The notes beneath the pieces are model-generated. The model was not told the DNA's origin, searched no databases, and was given only the letters and a program-made list of their open reading frames with translations. DNA of 64,000 nucleotides, from positions 5,998-69,997 of the forward strand of contig DATLRX010000014.1 of the NCBI GenBank assembly GCA_035534435.1, written 5' to 3'. Of the stretch, positions 27,349 to 36,017 are shown piece by piece (within the stretch, counting starts at the first letter, position 1; every line of letters starts with the position of its first letter). The DNA comes from Candidatus Acidiferrales bacterium. GTDB lineage: Bacteria; Chloroflexota; Dormibacteria; Aeolococcales; Aeolococcaceae. The translations under genes and the position numbers were made by a program.

Positions 27349-28248
27349 TCAGCTCCGAGTGCCGCGGCTCCCGCGTGAGTGCGGCGAAGGTGGCTCCGCC
27401 GCTCGGTTCTCGAGCGTCGCCTCCAGGCGGAGGGTGCGCTCGAACGCGGCCCACACCGCGTCGCTCACGACGGTGCGGAGCCCACCGCGCTCGAGCTGGT
27501 ACAGCGCCTCTGCGGACGTGCCCCCGGGTGAGGTGACCATGTCGCGCAGCTCCGCCACGTGTTTCCCGCTCTGCAATGCGAATTCGGCGCTCCCCTGCAT
27601 CGTGTCGAGGACCAGCTCACGTGCGACATGCCGGGGGAACCCGAGGTGGACCGCCGCGTCGGTGAGCGCCTCGATGAACAGGAAGATGTACGTCGGCCCC
27701 GTGCCGCTGACCGCCGTGGCCATGGCCACCTGGCGTTCGTCATGCACCTCGAATTCCCGGCCGAGGGCCGCCAGCATCGCGCGAGTGCGCGCCTTGCCGC
27801 GCACATCGACCTGCTCTGTCGCGAACCAGACGGTCACGCCCCGGCCGATCTGCGCCGGGGTGTTCGGCATCGAGCGCACCACCGCCGCGTGATCGAGGCC
27901 CCGGCCGAGCGCGGTCGTGCTCGCGCCGGCGATGACGCTGATGACGAGCTGTTCGGGACGCAGCGACCCGCGCAACTCCGCCATGACGCCGCCGAGCATC
28001 TGGGGTTTGACGGCGAGGAGCACGATGTCCGTGTCCCGCGCCGCCTCGCGATTGTCAGAGGTCGTCCGGACCCCATGCGCCGCCATCAGCGAATCCCGCC
28101 GCTCGGACCGAGGGTGCGTGCAGATCACGTCGGCAGGTGCGATCAGCTCGCGTTCGAGCAATCCCGCCAGCATCGCCTCGGCCATGACGCCGGTGCCGAC
28201 GATGCCCAGCCGTGTTCCCCGGAGGCTTTCAGCGCTCATGAGCGCCAC
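27349..28248 (-). CDS. proC: Pyrroline-5-carboxylate reductase
   Basis: 'LGIVGTGVMAEAM' Rossmann motif, 'VKPQMLGGVMAEL', 'SMPNTPAQIGRG' and 'VTSPGGTSAEAL'. Confidence 0.9.
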   Translation of the reverse strand: MALMSAESLRGTRLGIVGTGVMAEAMLAGLLERELIAPADVICTHPRSERRDSLMAAHGVRTTSDNREAARDTDIVLLAVKPQMLGGVMAELRGSLRPEQLVISVIAGASTTALGRGLDHAAVVRSMPNTPAQIGRGVTVWFATEQVDVRGKARTRAMLAALGREFEVHDERQVAMATAVSGTGPTYIFLFIEALTDAAVHLGFPRHVARELVLDTMQGSAEFALQSGKHVAELRDMVTSPGGTSAEALYQLERGGLRTVVSDAVWAAFERTLRLEATLENRAAEPPSPHSRGSRGTRS

Positions 28249-28305
28249 ACATTACCGCCACCATTCCCCGGCGGGTTCCGCGTCCCGTGCCATGATCGTT
28301 GAGCG

Positions 28306-29274
28306 ATGAGCCAGATCACCACACCCGGCAGCGACGACCGGCCCGTCTATCAGTGGCTGCCCGACGCGTCGTCGACGCCGCCCGCCGATGACGCATCCTG
28401 GCTTCCGCCGCGGGGACCGAGCCGCCCGGTCGCGCCGCCACAGCACAGCCCAACAGCGCCACGCCAGCAGCGCGGCCGTCGCGAAGGCGCAGCCGGCGGC
28501 ATCCTCGCCGGGATCGCGGCGTTCCTGAAGTACGGGCTCTTTCTGGTCAAGTTCGGCACTTTCGGACCGACGCTGATCACGATGGTGATCGCGATCTGGT
28601 TCTACACGCTGTTCTTCGGCCCGGCGTTCGCGATCGGCATCGTCTTTCTCATCCTCGTTCACGAGCTCGGCCACTTCATCGTCGCGAGGTGGATGGGAAT
28701 CCCGGCGCGGCTGCCGATCTTCGTCGGTCCGCTCGGGGCTTTCACGGCCCTGCGCCGCTCGCCCGCCGACGCAGGCAGATCAGGGATCATCGCGCTCGCC
28801 GGGCCCGCGCTCGGCACTGTCGCGGCGCTCATGTGCTTCCTGCTTGCGTCAACGGCGCCCGAGGGATACGCGAGGTACCTGCTCCTCGCGCTTGCGTTCT
28901 TCGGGTGCTTCCTCAACCTCATCAATCTGGTCCCGGTCGGGTTCCTCGACGGCGCCAAGGTTGCGGATTCGATTCCCGCGTGGATGAACGTTGCGGGGCT
29001 GCTCGTGGTCGCCGCCGTCGTGCTGTTCTTCGGCAACCCGATCGGGCTGATCTTCCTCGTCCTCGGCATCTTCCACACCATCGGTCGATTCCGCCGCGCC
29101 AGTCAGGGTTCCGATCCCGCACAGCTCGCGGCATCGAAACGGGTCGGGCTCGGTGCCGCCTATGTCGCGATCCTGCTGGTCGCCGCCGGCGGGATGAGCA
29201 TCGCCAACACGTCGATCGTCAACAGCAACTTCGTGCCAGGCGTGAATCAGAGCACCGGGACGCAGGTGCTCTGA
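28306..29274 (+). CDS. Site-2 protease family (M50) membrane metalloprotease
   Basis: Polytopic membrane protein with 'LILVHELGHFIVARWMG' (HExxH) and 'NLINLVPVGFLDG'. Confidence 0.75.
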   Translation: MSQITTPGSDDRPVYQWLPDASSTPPADDASWLPPRGPSRPVAPPQHSPTAPRQQRGRREGAAGGILAGIAAFLKYGLFLVKFGTFGPTLITMVIAIWFYTLFFGPAFAIGIVFLILVHELGHFIVARWMGIPARLPIFVGPLGAFTALRRSPADAGRSGIIALAGPALGTVAALMCFLLASTAPEGYARYLLLALAFFGCFLNLINLVPVGFLDGAKVADSIPAWMNVAGLLVVAAVVLFFGNPIGLIFLVLGIFHTIGRFRRASQGSDPAQLAASKRVGLGAAYVAILLVAAGGMSIANTSIVNSNFVPGVNQSTGTQVL

Positions 29275-29301
29275 CGACCTCGAGCCAGTGCCGCGTCCTC
29301 C

Positions 29302-30234
29302 TCAGCCCAGCAGGTTGCGGATCTCCCGGACGAGGTCGATCGAGGCGTCGATCTCGATCTTGCGGTTGGTGAGGCTCTCGACGTTGACCCCGAACGGCAG
29401 GCCGAGCCGGCGGCAGAAAGCGATGAGGGCCCGGGCGTTGACGAGGCATTGCTCGTACGACGCCGTCAGCGGGTCCCCGGACCGGGTGATCTCGGTCCGC
29501 AGCCAGCCCGGGACGTCGATGCCGAGCCAGGACATGAACTCCAGGGTCTTCATCGAGCCGCACGGCGCCAGGGTCAGCACGACCGGCCGTGGTTCCAGAC
29601 CCTGGTCCCGGCAGCCGTAGGCATAGTCGGACAGGAGGTTCCGGGTGTGGTCCAGGTCGTAACAGACCTGGGAGACGAAGAACTCGCAGCCGGCATCCTG
29701 CTTGCGCAGCATGCGCTCGTGCTCTCCCCCTGCGTCAGCGTGCCGCTCGGCGACGACAACGCCGCCCATGCGCGGCGGACGCGCGAGAGCGGCGCGCCGG
29801 CGGTAGGCTTCAGCAAGGCTCGTCCTCACCACCTGGCGTCGCGACGCCGCCCCGACCAGCACCGTCAGCACCCGGTCGCGGTCCGCCTCCGACAGCCACT
29901 CACTGAGCTCGTCCCCGGTGTACTTGCCCACTGCGCGGTAGACGACCACCGGCCCGGCCCAGCCGGCCAGGTGGCGGTCGAGGAAGGTGGACGGATCCAT
30001 CATCGGCATGAATGGGAACGGCCGCGGGGTCGAGGACCGGTCCGCCTCGGCGTCCACGTCATAGAGGATGAGCCCGTCAACCTGCACGGACCGGAGCCGC
30101 GCCAGGGCCGCCTCGGCGATGGTGTCCGCCTGCTCCGGAGTGGTGGTTCGCCGCGGCGGGGTCAGCCCATAGAGCAGGACACCGTCACGGGTCCTGGCCA
30201 GAAGCTGAGCGACCCGATCTCCCTGACGAACCAC
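29302..30234 (-). CDS. Methylenetetrahydrofolate reductase-like protein (non-canonical)
   Basis: The 310-aa TIM-barrel-like pattern 'LLYGLTPPR...VDGLILYDV...FFVSQVCYD' resembles actinobacterial-type MTHFR annotations. This is a weak, motif-level call. Confidence 0.45.
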   Translation of the reverse strand: MVRQGDRVAQLLARTRDGVLLYGLTPPRRTTTPEQADTIAEAALARLRSVQVDGLILYDVDAEADRSSTPRPFPFMPMMDPSTFLDRHLAGWAGPVVVYRAVGKYTGDELSEWLSEADRDRVLTVLVGAASRRQVVRTSLAEAYRRRAALARPPRMGGVVVAERHADAGGEHERMLRKQDAGCEFFVSQVCYDLDHTRNLLSDYAYGCRDQGLEPRPVVLTLAPCGSMKTLEFMSWLGIDVPGWLRTEITRSGDPLTASYEQCLVNARALIAFCRRLGLPFGVNVESLTNRKIEIDASIDLVREIRNLLG

Positions 30235-31068
30235 TCAGCGGCTCGGGGTCGATGTCGGCGCGGCGGGCGCCTCGCACAGCGGGAAGGGGAACGACAGCGA
30301 GTTGTAGAGGTCGCCGAACACGTCGAGCTGACCGCTGTTCTGATAGTTGAACCCGATGAGCACCGCCTCGGTCTTGCTCAGCGTCAATCGGATCTCCGCG
30401 TACAGCGGCAGACGCGGCACCGGGAGCGCCGTCGGCGTGGCGCCGGTGTACGACGCCTCCTTGACGTAGTAGGACAGCGTCCCCGTGTACCCGCATACCT
30501 GCACCGGTCCCGTGTCGGATTGCGAGTACCCGGGCAGGCCGCGAGGACCGAACGAGCCGGGCGTGGTGCCCGTCTCGAGGAGGATGCTCTGCATCCCCTG
30601 TTGCGGCAGGAAGACGGTCCCATAGCTTTCCTGCTGAAATGCCCATGCCTGCGGATAGAGGGCCGAAAAGCCGCTGGCCTCCGCATACCGGTTGAAGCTC
30701 CCCGGGGCCGTGAGGGTGGGGTCGGCGACGATCCAGCCCGTCGTGGAGCGTCCCTGCACCTTCATCCAGCCGCCGCCTCCGCTCTGGTAGTCGAGCACGG
30801 TGAAGGACGCTCCCTGCCCGAAGTTGCCGACCACGTTGGCCGATCCGAGTGCCGGCGCGGAGTGGATGCGGAGCCCGAGCGGGCTGAGAACGGTTCGCGA
30901 GCTGCCGACGATCACCGGGGTCGGGCTGGGTGTCGGGCTGGTTGCGCTCGTCGGCGCGGTCGATGGCGTCGGCGACGTCCTGGACGGCGTGCCACCACAG
31001 GCCGCGATCAGCGCGGCTGACACGGCCGGCAGACCGGCAGCGATCAGGCGGCGAGCACGCGCAGGCAT
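30235..31068 (-). CDS. Lipoprotein with a bacterial SH3 domain
   Basis: Lipobox 'LIAACGG', a Pro/Thr/Ser linker, and an SH3b-like 'LRIHSAPALGSANVVGNFGQGASFTVLDYQSGGGGWMKVQGRSTTGWIVAD'. Start taken at ATG 31068. Confidence 0.6.
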   Translation of the reverse strand: MPARARRLIAAGLPAVSAALIAACGGTPSRTSPTPSTAPTSATSPTPSPTPVIVGSSRTVLSPLGLRIHSAPALGSANVVGNFGQGASFTVLDYQSGGGGWMKVQGRSTTGWIVADPTLTAPGSFNRYAEASGFSALYPQAWAFQQESYGTVFLPQQGMQSILLETGTTPGSFGPRGLPGYSQSDTGPVQVCGYTGTLSYYVKEASYTGATPTALPVPRLPLYAEIRLTLSKTEAVLIGFNYQNSGQLDVFGDLYNSLSFPFPLCEAPAAPTSTPSR

Positions 31069-31979
31069 CCGGCGGCGGACGCCGTGATGGCGCGCAGGTC
31101 GTAGCCACCTTCGAGGAGCCACAGGTTTCTTCCCTCAGCGTGCGTTTGCGCAAGCGTTCGGATCCGCGTGGCGACCGCGGAGTAGGTGTCGTCGTCAAGC
31201 ATGAGCTCAGCGAGCGGATCGTCGCGATGCGCGTCGAATCCCGCGCTCACCACGATGAGCTCGGGCGCATGGGCGGCCACGGCGGGAGCCACGATCTCGT
31301 CGAACAGCTCGAGCCAGCGTGTCCCGTCGGTTCCGGGCGGCACGGGGACATTCACGGTGGTCCCGGCCGCGCCCGGGTCGCCGCGCTCCTCGGCGCTTCC
31401 CGTGCCCGGGTACCACGGGAACTGATGCAGGGACGTGTACAGCACCGCCGGGTCGGCATAGAAGATGTCCTGCGTGCCGTTGCCGTGATGCACGTCGATG
31501 TCGACGATCGCGATCCGCTGCGCACCCGCTCGCTGCGCGACGCGCACGGCGATCGCCGCATTGTTGAAGAGGCAGAAACCCATTGGCAGATATGGTGTTG
31601 CGTGGTGTCCCGGAGGGCGCACCACCGCGAACGCGGCGAGCGCCTCGCCATCCATCAGCGCACGAGCGGCGCGCGATGCGCACCCTGCCGCGTTCAGCGC
31701 GACAGCGTACGAGTGCTCGGTCGCATACGTATCCGCGTCGAACCATCCCCCGCCCTTCACCGACATCCCTTCCACGCGACGGACCTCGGCGTCGGAATGC
31801 ACCAGCAGCGGCAGCTCACGCCGGCCGGTCGGCGCGTCGAGCCAGGGAAGCGCGGCAAGCTCGGGGTCCGCGGCGATCCCGTCGAGAATCGCGATCACAC
31901 GATCCGGCCGCTCGGGATGCCCGTCGCGAGCATGTTCGAACTGGTCGTCGTTGCGAATCAGCGCCAGCGGAACCGTCAC
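31044..31979 (-). CDS. Histone deacetylase-family (HDAC/AcuC-like) amidohydrolase
   Basis: 'VVRPPGHHATP' and 'IVDIDVHHGNGTQDIF'. The GTG start overlaps the pyrF stop (GTGA). Confidence 0.85.
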   Translation of the reverse strand: MTVPLALIRNDDQFEHARDGHPERPDRVIAILDGIAADPELAALPWLDAPTGRRELPLLVHSDAEVRRVEGMSVKGGGWFDADTYATEHSYAVALNAAGCASRAARALMDGEALAAFAVVRPPGHHATPYLPMGFCLFNNAAIAVRVAQRAGAQRIAIVDIDVHHGNGTQDIFYADPAVLYTSLHQFPWYPGTGSAEERGDPGAAGTTVNVPVPPGTDGTRWLELFDEIVAPAVAAHAPELIVVSAGFDAHRDDPLAELMLDDDTYSAVATRIRTLAQTHAEGRNLWLLEGGYDLRAITASAAGCLRVLAA

Positions 31980-32764
31980 GCGGGTGAAACTGCGGCCCGG
32001 ACGACCTCGATACGCTCACGCAGCTCGCGCGCCGCGGCGGCCGGACCATCCGTTGCGGCCGCGATGCCTCGACTTACGGCGACGATCACACCCCGGCCGC
32101 GGCTGTCGAGCCCCGCGCTGACCGCATCCTCGAGCGACCCACCCTGCGCGCCGACGCCCGGGAGCAGGAGCGGCGCCGACGGCGCTGCGTTGCGGATCGC
32201 CTCGACCTCCTGGGGCGCGGTGGCACCGACCACGAAGCCGACGGCTCCGCCGGGGTCGGCGGCGAGGCCGACCTCGACGATGCGACGGCTCACCGGCTCG
32301 CCGGATTCGAGGCGCGCGTCGAGGATGTCCGCGGCGCCAGGGTTGCTGCTCCGAGCCACGAGCAGGATCCCGCGTCCGTCGCGGTCGAGGAACGGCGTGA
32401 GCGAGTCACGGCCGAGGAGCGGGTTGATCGTGACGCAGTCGGCACCCAGGACATCGAAAAGCGCCCGCGCATACGCGGCCGCCGTGTTCCCGATGTCCCC
32501 GCGCTTGGCGTCCAGGATGAGGATGCGATCGGCGGGGATGTGCGAACGCAGCCGCTCGAGCACCGCGTAGCCAGCGGACCCGAACTGCTCGAAGAAGGCG
32601 AGGTTCGGCTTGAACGCGCAGACATGGTCGATCGTCGCCTCGACGATGTCGAGACAGCCGCGCTCGGCCTCAGCCGCGCTGGCGAATCCGGCAGGGTCGA
32701 GCCCGGCACACAGGAGCGACGCGGTCGCATCGACGCACGCGTCCAGGCGTGCGGCGAACGTCAC
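31976..32764 (-). CDS. pyrF: Orotidine 5'-phosphate decarboxylase (type 2)
   Basis: 'LCAGLDP', 'CAFKPNLAFFE' and 'LILDAKRGDIGNTAAAYA'. Confidence 0.85.
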   Translation of the reverse strand: MTFAARLDACVDATASLLCAGLDPAGFASAAEAERGCLDIVEATIDHVCAFKPNLAFFEQFGSAGYAVLERLRSHIPADRILILDAKRGDIGNTAAAYARALFDVLGADCVTINPLLGRDSLTPFLDRDGRGILLVARSSNPGAADILDARLESGEPVSRRIVEVGLAADPGGAVGFVVGATAPQEVEAIRNAAPSAPLLLPGVGAQGGSLEDAVSAGLDSRGRGVIVAVSRGIAAATDGPAAAARELRERIEVVRAAVSPA

Positions 32765-32768
32765 GGCG

Positions 32769-32966
32769 CTACCAGGCCTCCCTCGACGTGCTCGGCTGAA
32801 TGGCGCCCTGGTCCGGCCGCGGCCAGTACGGCATCTCGATGCGGTCCTTGTACTTCGCCGCGCAGTGCGGGCAGACGCGCGCGATGTGGCCGTCGAGGAT
32901 CACCGCGGACAGCCGGTAGATCGGAGTCTCCTCCCCGTCGCAGTCACACGTCGCAGTCACCGCCAT
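32769..32966 (-). CDS. Small Cys-rich (CxC...CxxC) hypothetical protein
   Basis: 65 aa. 'ATCDCDGEE' ... 'VCPHCAAKY' could form a zinc ribbon. Its stop is 4 nt from the pyrF start. Confidence 0.4.
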   Translation of the reverse strand: MAVTATCDCDGEETPIYRLSAVILDGHIARVCPHCAAKYKDRIEMPYWPRPDQGAIQPSTSREAW

Positions 32967-32993
32967 CAGTGCGATATTGCCACGGACGCGGGG

Positions 32994-34391
32994 TCAGCCC
33001 GCGGCCGGGACGGGAGCCGGCTGCGGTGGAGGGACCCGCCGCGAGAGGCGCGCGCGTTCACTGATGCGCCGGAGCATCTCGAGTGCCTCGGTCTCGTCGC
33101 GGCAGCGGGCGGAGGCCTGCCAGCGCCGGCCGGCAGTGTCGACGTCGACCGTCGCAACGCGAAAGGCGCGTTGCAGTGGCCCGGATTTCAGATGCACGCT
33201 CTGCACCTTGACGAGCGGAACGATGATCGTCGAGCTCTGGACCCTCCCCGTCCGGGCGTAGACGTAGCGCTCTCCGAACCATGCCGCGAGGAAATGAAAG
33301 GAGAACGGCGCCTTCAGGCGGGCTCGTCGCGGCGGCCCGGCGTCGGGGGGAGGGCCCGGGTGCGCGTCGGGCATCACCCGGGCGAGCAGCCAGAGTGCCT
33401 GCTCGCGAGAGGCCACCGGGATGAGGGTTCGCGCGACCTGCTGGGCATCGCGGTCACTCTCGCGCGAGACGGCCTGCCGGGCGACGTCCACCTCGAGGCG
33501 CGTCCAGCCGAAGACGCGCCAGAAGAGTGGCTCGACAACCCGCACCGCCTGGATCCGTCCGTACGGGATCGTCTCGTGGCGGCGCTGCAGGAGCCCGCGG
33601 TCGAGCCGGACCCCATCCCCCGCCTCGCTGATCGTGAAGTCGAAGTCCTCGTTGAAGGCACGCGCGACCCCGAGTGCGCTGATCGCCAGCACCGTGATCG
33701 CGCTGCCGAGCGCTCCCACGCCAACGATGGGAGCCGCGGCGATGGCGGCGATGGCGACGATCGCGATGAACACCGGCGTGACCACCTGCGCGCGCATCAG
33801 CAGCGCGGGCATGAGCAGCCCGTTCTGGATGTGCAGCAACGGCAGTGACGGCGGCTCGGGAGTTCCGGCCTCCAGGCCGTGCGCGAGCGCAAGGAGGCGG
33901 GCGCGAACGATCGGGGCCTGTGCCGCGGTCAGGTAGGCGAGCCGCCCGTGCTCGGCCCCACGCCCCGCCGACACGACGCGGACCTCGGCGAGGCCGAGGA
34001 ACCGCCCCGCAAGCGGAGCGATGACGTCGACGGCCTGGATGCGAGCCAGCGGGATGCGCAACGACTGTCGGCGGATCAGCCCCGTCTCGATCTGGAGCGC
34101 CCCTTCGGCAATCCGCCACCGCGTCACGAGCCAGGAGATGACCCCGCTGATCCCGCCGAGCGCGAGGAGCACGGCATACGCCGCCAGTGAGAACGGAAAC
34201 CCATGCGGATCATGGCGACCCTGGGAGTCGGCGATCGACGGCACAGCGATGACGAGCACCCCGATGACCACGCTGCCGAAGCGCACCACCGGGGAGAGTG
34301 GATGCAAGCGACGCCACGTCTCGCCCACCTCCGGCAGGATCGCGGCATCCATCGTCGACGCTGCTCCGGTCATCGGAGACGGTTGGACCAT
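32994..34391 (-). CDS. YdbT-like membrane protein with repeated bacterial PH (bPH_2) domains
   Basis: ATG 34391 overlaps the YdbS-like stop. Repeated units of a TM hairpin plus 'IPLARIQAVDV...', 'IPYGRIQAVRV...' and 'VPLVKVQSVHL...'. The listed 671-aa ORF extension is treated as an artefact. Confidence 0.6.
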   Translation of the reverse strand: MVQPSPMTGAASTMDAAILPEVGETWRRLHPLSPVVRFGSVVIGVLVIAVPSIADSQGRHDPHGFPFSLAAYAVLLALGGISGVISWLVTRWRIAEGALQIETGLIRRQSLRIPLARIQAVDVIAPLAGRFLGLAEVRVVSAGRGAEHGRLAYLTAAQAPIVRARLLALAHGLEAGTPEPPSLPLLHIQNGLLMPALLMRAQVVTPVFIAIVAIAAIAAAPIVGVGALGSAITVLAISALGVARAFNEDFDFTISEAGDGVRLDRGLLQRRHETIPYGRIQAVRVVEPLFWRVFGWTRLEVDVARQAVSRESDRDAQQVARTLIPVASREQALWLLARVMPDAHPGPPPDAGPPRRARLKAPFSFHFLAAWFGERYVYARTGRVQSSTIIVPLVKVQSVHLKSGPLQRAFRVATVDVDTAGRRWQASARCRDETEALEMLRRISERARLSRRVPPPQPAPVPAAG

Positions 34392-34888
34392 CACAGCCCG
34401 GTCGCCTTGGCCTCCCCCACCGTCGCCAGCCGGTCGCGCAGCGCGTCGGCGTCGACGCGCACGAGGCCGGGGATGCGTGCATCCGAAGCCGCCGCGGCGG
34501 TGTGGAGCTGCACTGTCGCCAGGCCGAACGCGCGATCGATCGGGCCGGCCGTGACGTCGATGAACTGCATGCGCCCGTACGGCACGACCGACACACGCCG
34601 GAACAGCAGGCCGCGAACGACGATGAGGTCGTCCTCGCGTTCCGCGTAGCCCCACGAACGAAAACGTCCGCGCTCGACAAGCCACGCGACAATCGCCATC
34701 AACACAATCACCACTGGCACCAGGGGTGCCGCGGGGACGCGCGTGACGAATGCGACGACGAGCGCGACGATGAGCACCGGCCCCCAGAAGAGCGCGATCT
34801 GGCACTGCCGCGCGACCCAGAACCGCGGCGAAAGGCGGCGCAGGTTCGGCGTGTCGAGCGTGTCCAGGGCTGTTGCAGCGGTCGTCAT
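34391..34888 (-). CDS. YdbS-like membrane-flanked PH-domain protein
   Basis: A TM hairpin, then 'VVPYGRMQFIDVTAGPIDRAFGLATVQLHTA'. Confidence 0.65.
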   Translation of the reverse strand: MTTAATALDTLDTPNLRRLSPRFWVARQCQIALFWGPVLIVALVVAFVTRVPAAPLVPVVIVLMAIVAWLVERGRFRSWGYAEREDDLIVVRGLLFRRVSVVPYGRMQFIDVTAGPIDRAFGLATVQLHTAAAASDARIPGLVRVDADALRDRLATVGEAKATGL

Positions 34889-35454
34889 CCCGCGGTCTCA
34901 GGGCATGCGTCGCAACGCGTGACTCCGGGGATCTCCGCGCGAGCGCCGCACGCGCACACCCATCCGGCCGGTCGCGCCGGTACGCCGAGCACGAGCGCGA
35001 ACGGAGCAACGTCGCGCGTCACCACCGCACCGGCGCCGACCATCGCCCAGCTGCCGATGCTGATCCCGGTGACGATCGTCGCGCTGGCGCCGATCGATGC
35101 TCCATCGCCCACGACTGTGTCGCCATGTGCCCACTGCGCCTCGGTGCGCAGCCGTCCATCCGGCATGACGGCGCGGGGCGAACGGTCGTTGGTGAACACG
35201 ACTGCCGGACCGACGAAGACACCATTGCCGAGTCGCAGACCGCTGTACAGCAATGCGGCGTTCTGCACCTTGCAGCGATCGCCGATGATCACCCCGAGGT
35301 CGACCGTCACATCCGATCCGATGATGCAGCTCGAACCGATGCGCGATCCGCGACGTAGGTGAGCGTTCGCCCAGACGAACGTCCCGGCGCCGATTTCGAC
35401 ATCGTCCTCGACACGCGCAAGGGGGTGCACGTACGGCGCGGAGAGCTCACTCAT
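34885..35454 (-). CDS. Left-handed beta-helix (hexapeptide-repeat) acyl/acetyltransferase
   Basis: Consecutive hexapeptide repeats: 'VEIGAGTFVWANAHL', 'SRIGSSCIIGSDVTV', 'VIIGDRCKVQNAAL'. Confidence 0.75.
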   Translation of the reverse strand: MSELSAPYVHPLARVEDDVEIGAGTFVWANAHLRRGSRIGSSCIIGSDVTVDLGVIIGDRCKVQNAALLYSGLRLGNGVFVGPAVVFTNDRSPRAVMPDGRLRTEAQWAHGDTVVGDGASIGASATIVTGISIGSWAMVGAGAVVTRDVAPFALVLGVPARPAGWVCACGARAEIPGVTRCDACPETAG

Positions 35455-35558
35455 CCTCGAGAGCTATATCACACCCACCAACCAGATCCCGAATCGCATG
35501 CGCAGCGCTGGACGTTTGGGGACCCCGAGCGCACGATAGACTGACCCGAGGAGAAAGG

Positions 35559-36017
35559 ATGAGTGCGCTGAAGCCCCGCGTCGAAGCCGGCCTGCGGCGA
35601 TTCGAGGGCAGGATCGGCATCGATCGCGAAGGGCGGACCGTCTGGGTGTGGCTGATGCCCCCGGCGATCGGCCTCGTGACGGCGTGCCTCGCGCCTTTCA
35701 TGCCCGGGCTTCCGGACTCGATGGGGCTCATCTACCGTCTGACGCTCGCGATCTTCGGTTTCGTCACCATGACGGCCATAACGTCGATCTACCTGATCTC
35801 GTTCGACAACGACCACAACCAGCAGGCACCGGTCGACGGCCCGGAGCAGGCTCGCGGTGACGACCGCGGACCCGAGGAGCCGCCCGCTCCCTCAGGCCCG
35901 CCGCCGAAATCGCTCCATCGCCTCGACGCCGTCTCCGAGCCCGGGGACGAGCAGCATGAGCCCGGCGCCGCCGACGAGCGGTCCAGAGTCCCGGCAGTTT
36001 CCGGAGCGAGGCGCTAG
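35559..36017 (+). CDS. Hypothetical membrane protein
   Basis: GAGGAG RBS. Two or three hydrophobic segments and a Pro-rich tail. Confidence 0.4.
   Translation: MSALKPRVEAGLRRFEGRIGIDREGRTVWVWLMPPAIGLVTACLAPFMPGLPDSMGLIYRLTLAIFGFVTMTAITSIYLISFDNDHNQQAPVDGPEQARGDDRGPEEPPAPSGPPPKSLHRLDAVSEPGDEQHEPGAADERSRVPAVSGARR

Noticed and set aside
25969-27378. 469-aa plus-strand ORF, and similar long ORFs at 29449..31020, 30930..32570, 32610..33848, 50738..52351(-) and 62412..63938(-).
   Set aside because: All are alternative-frame or antisense ORFs inside better-supported genes. They have no motifs and biased composition.
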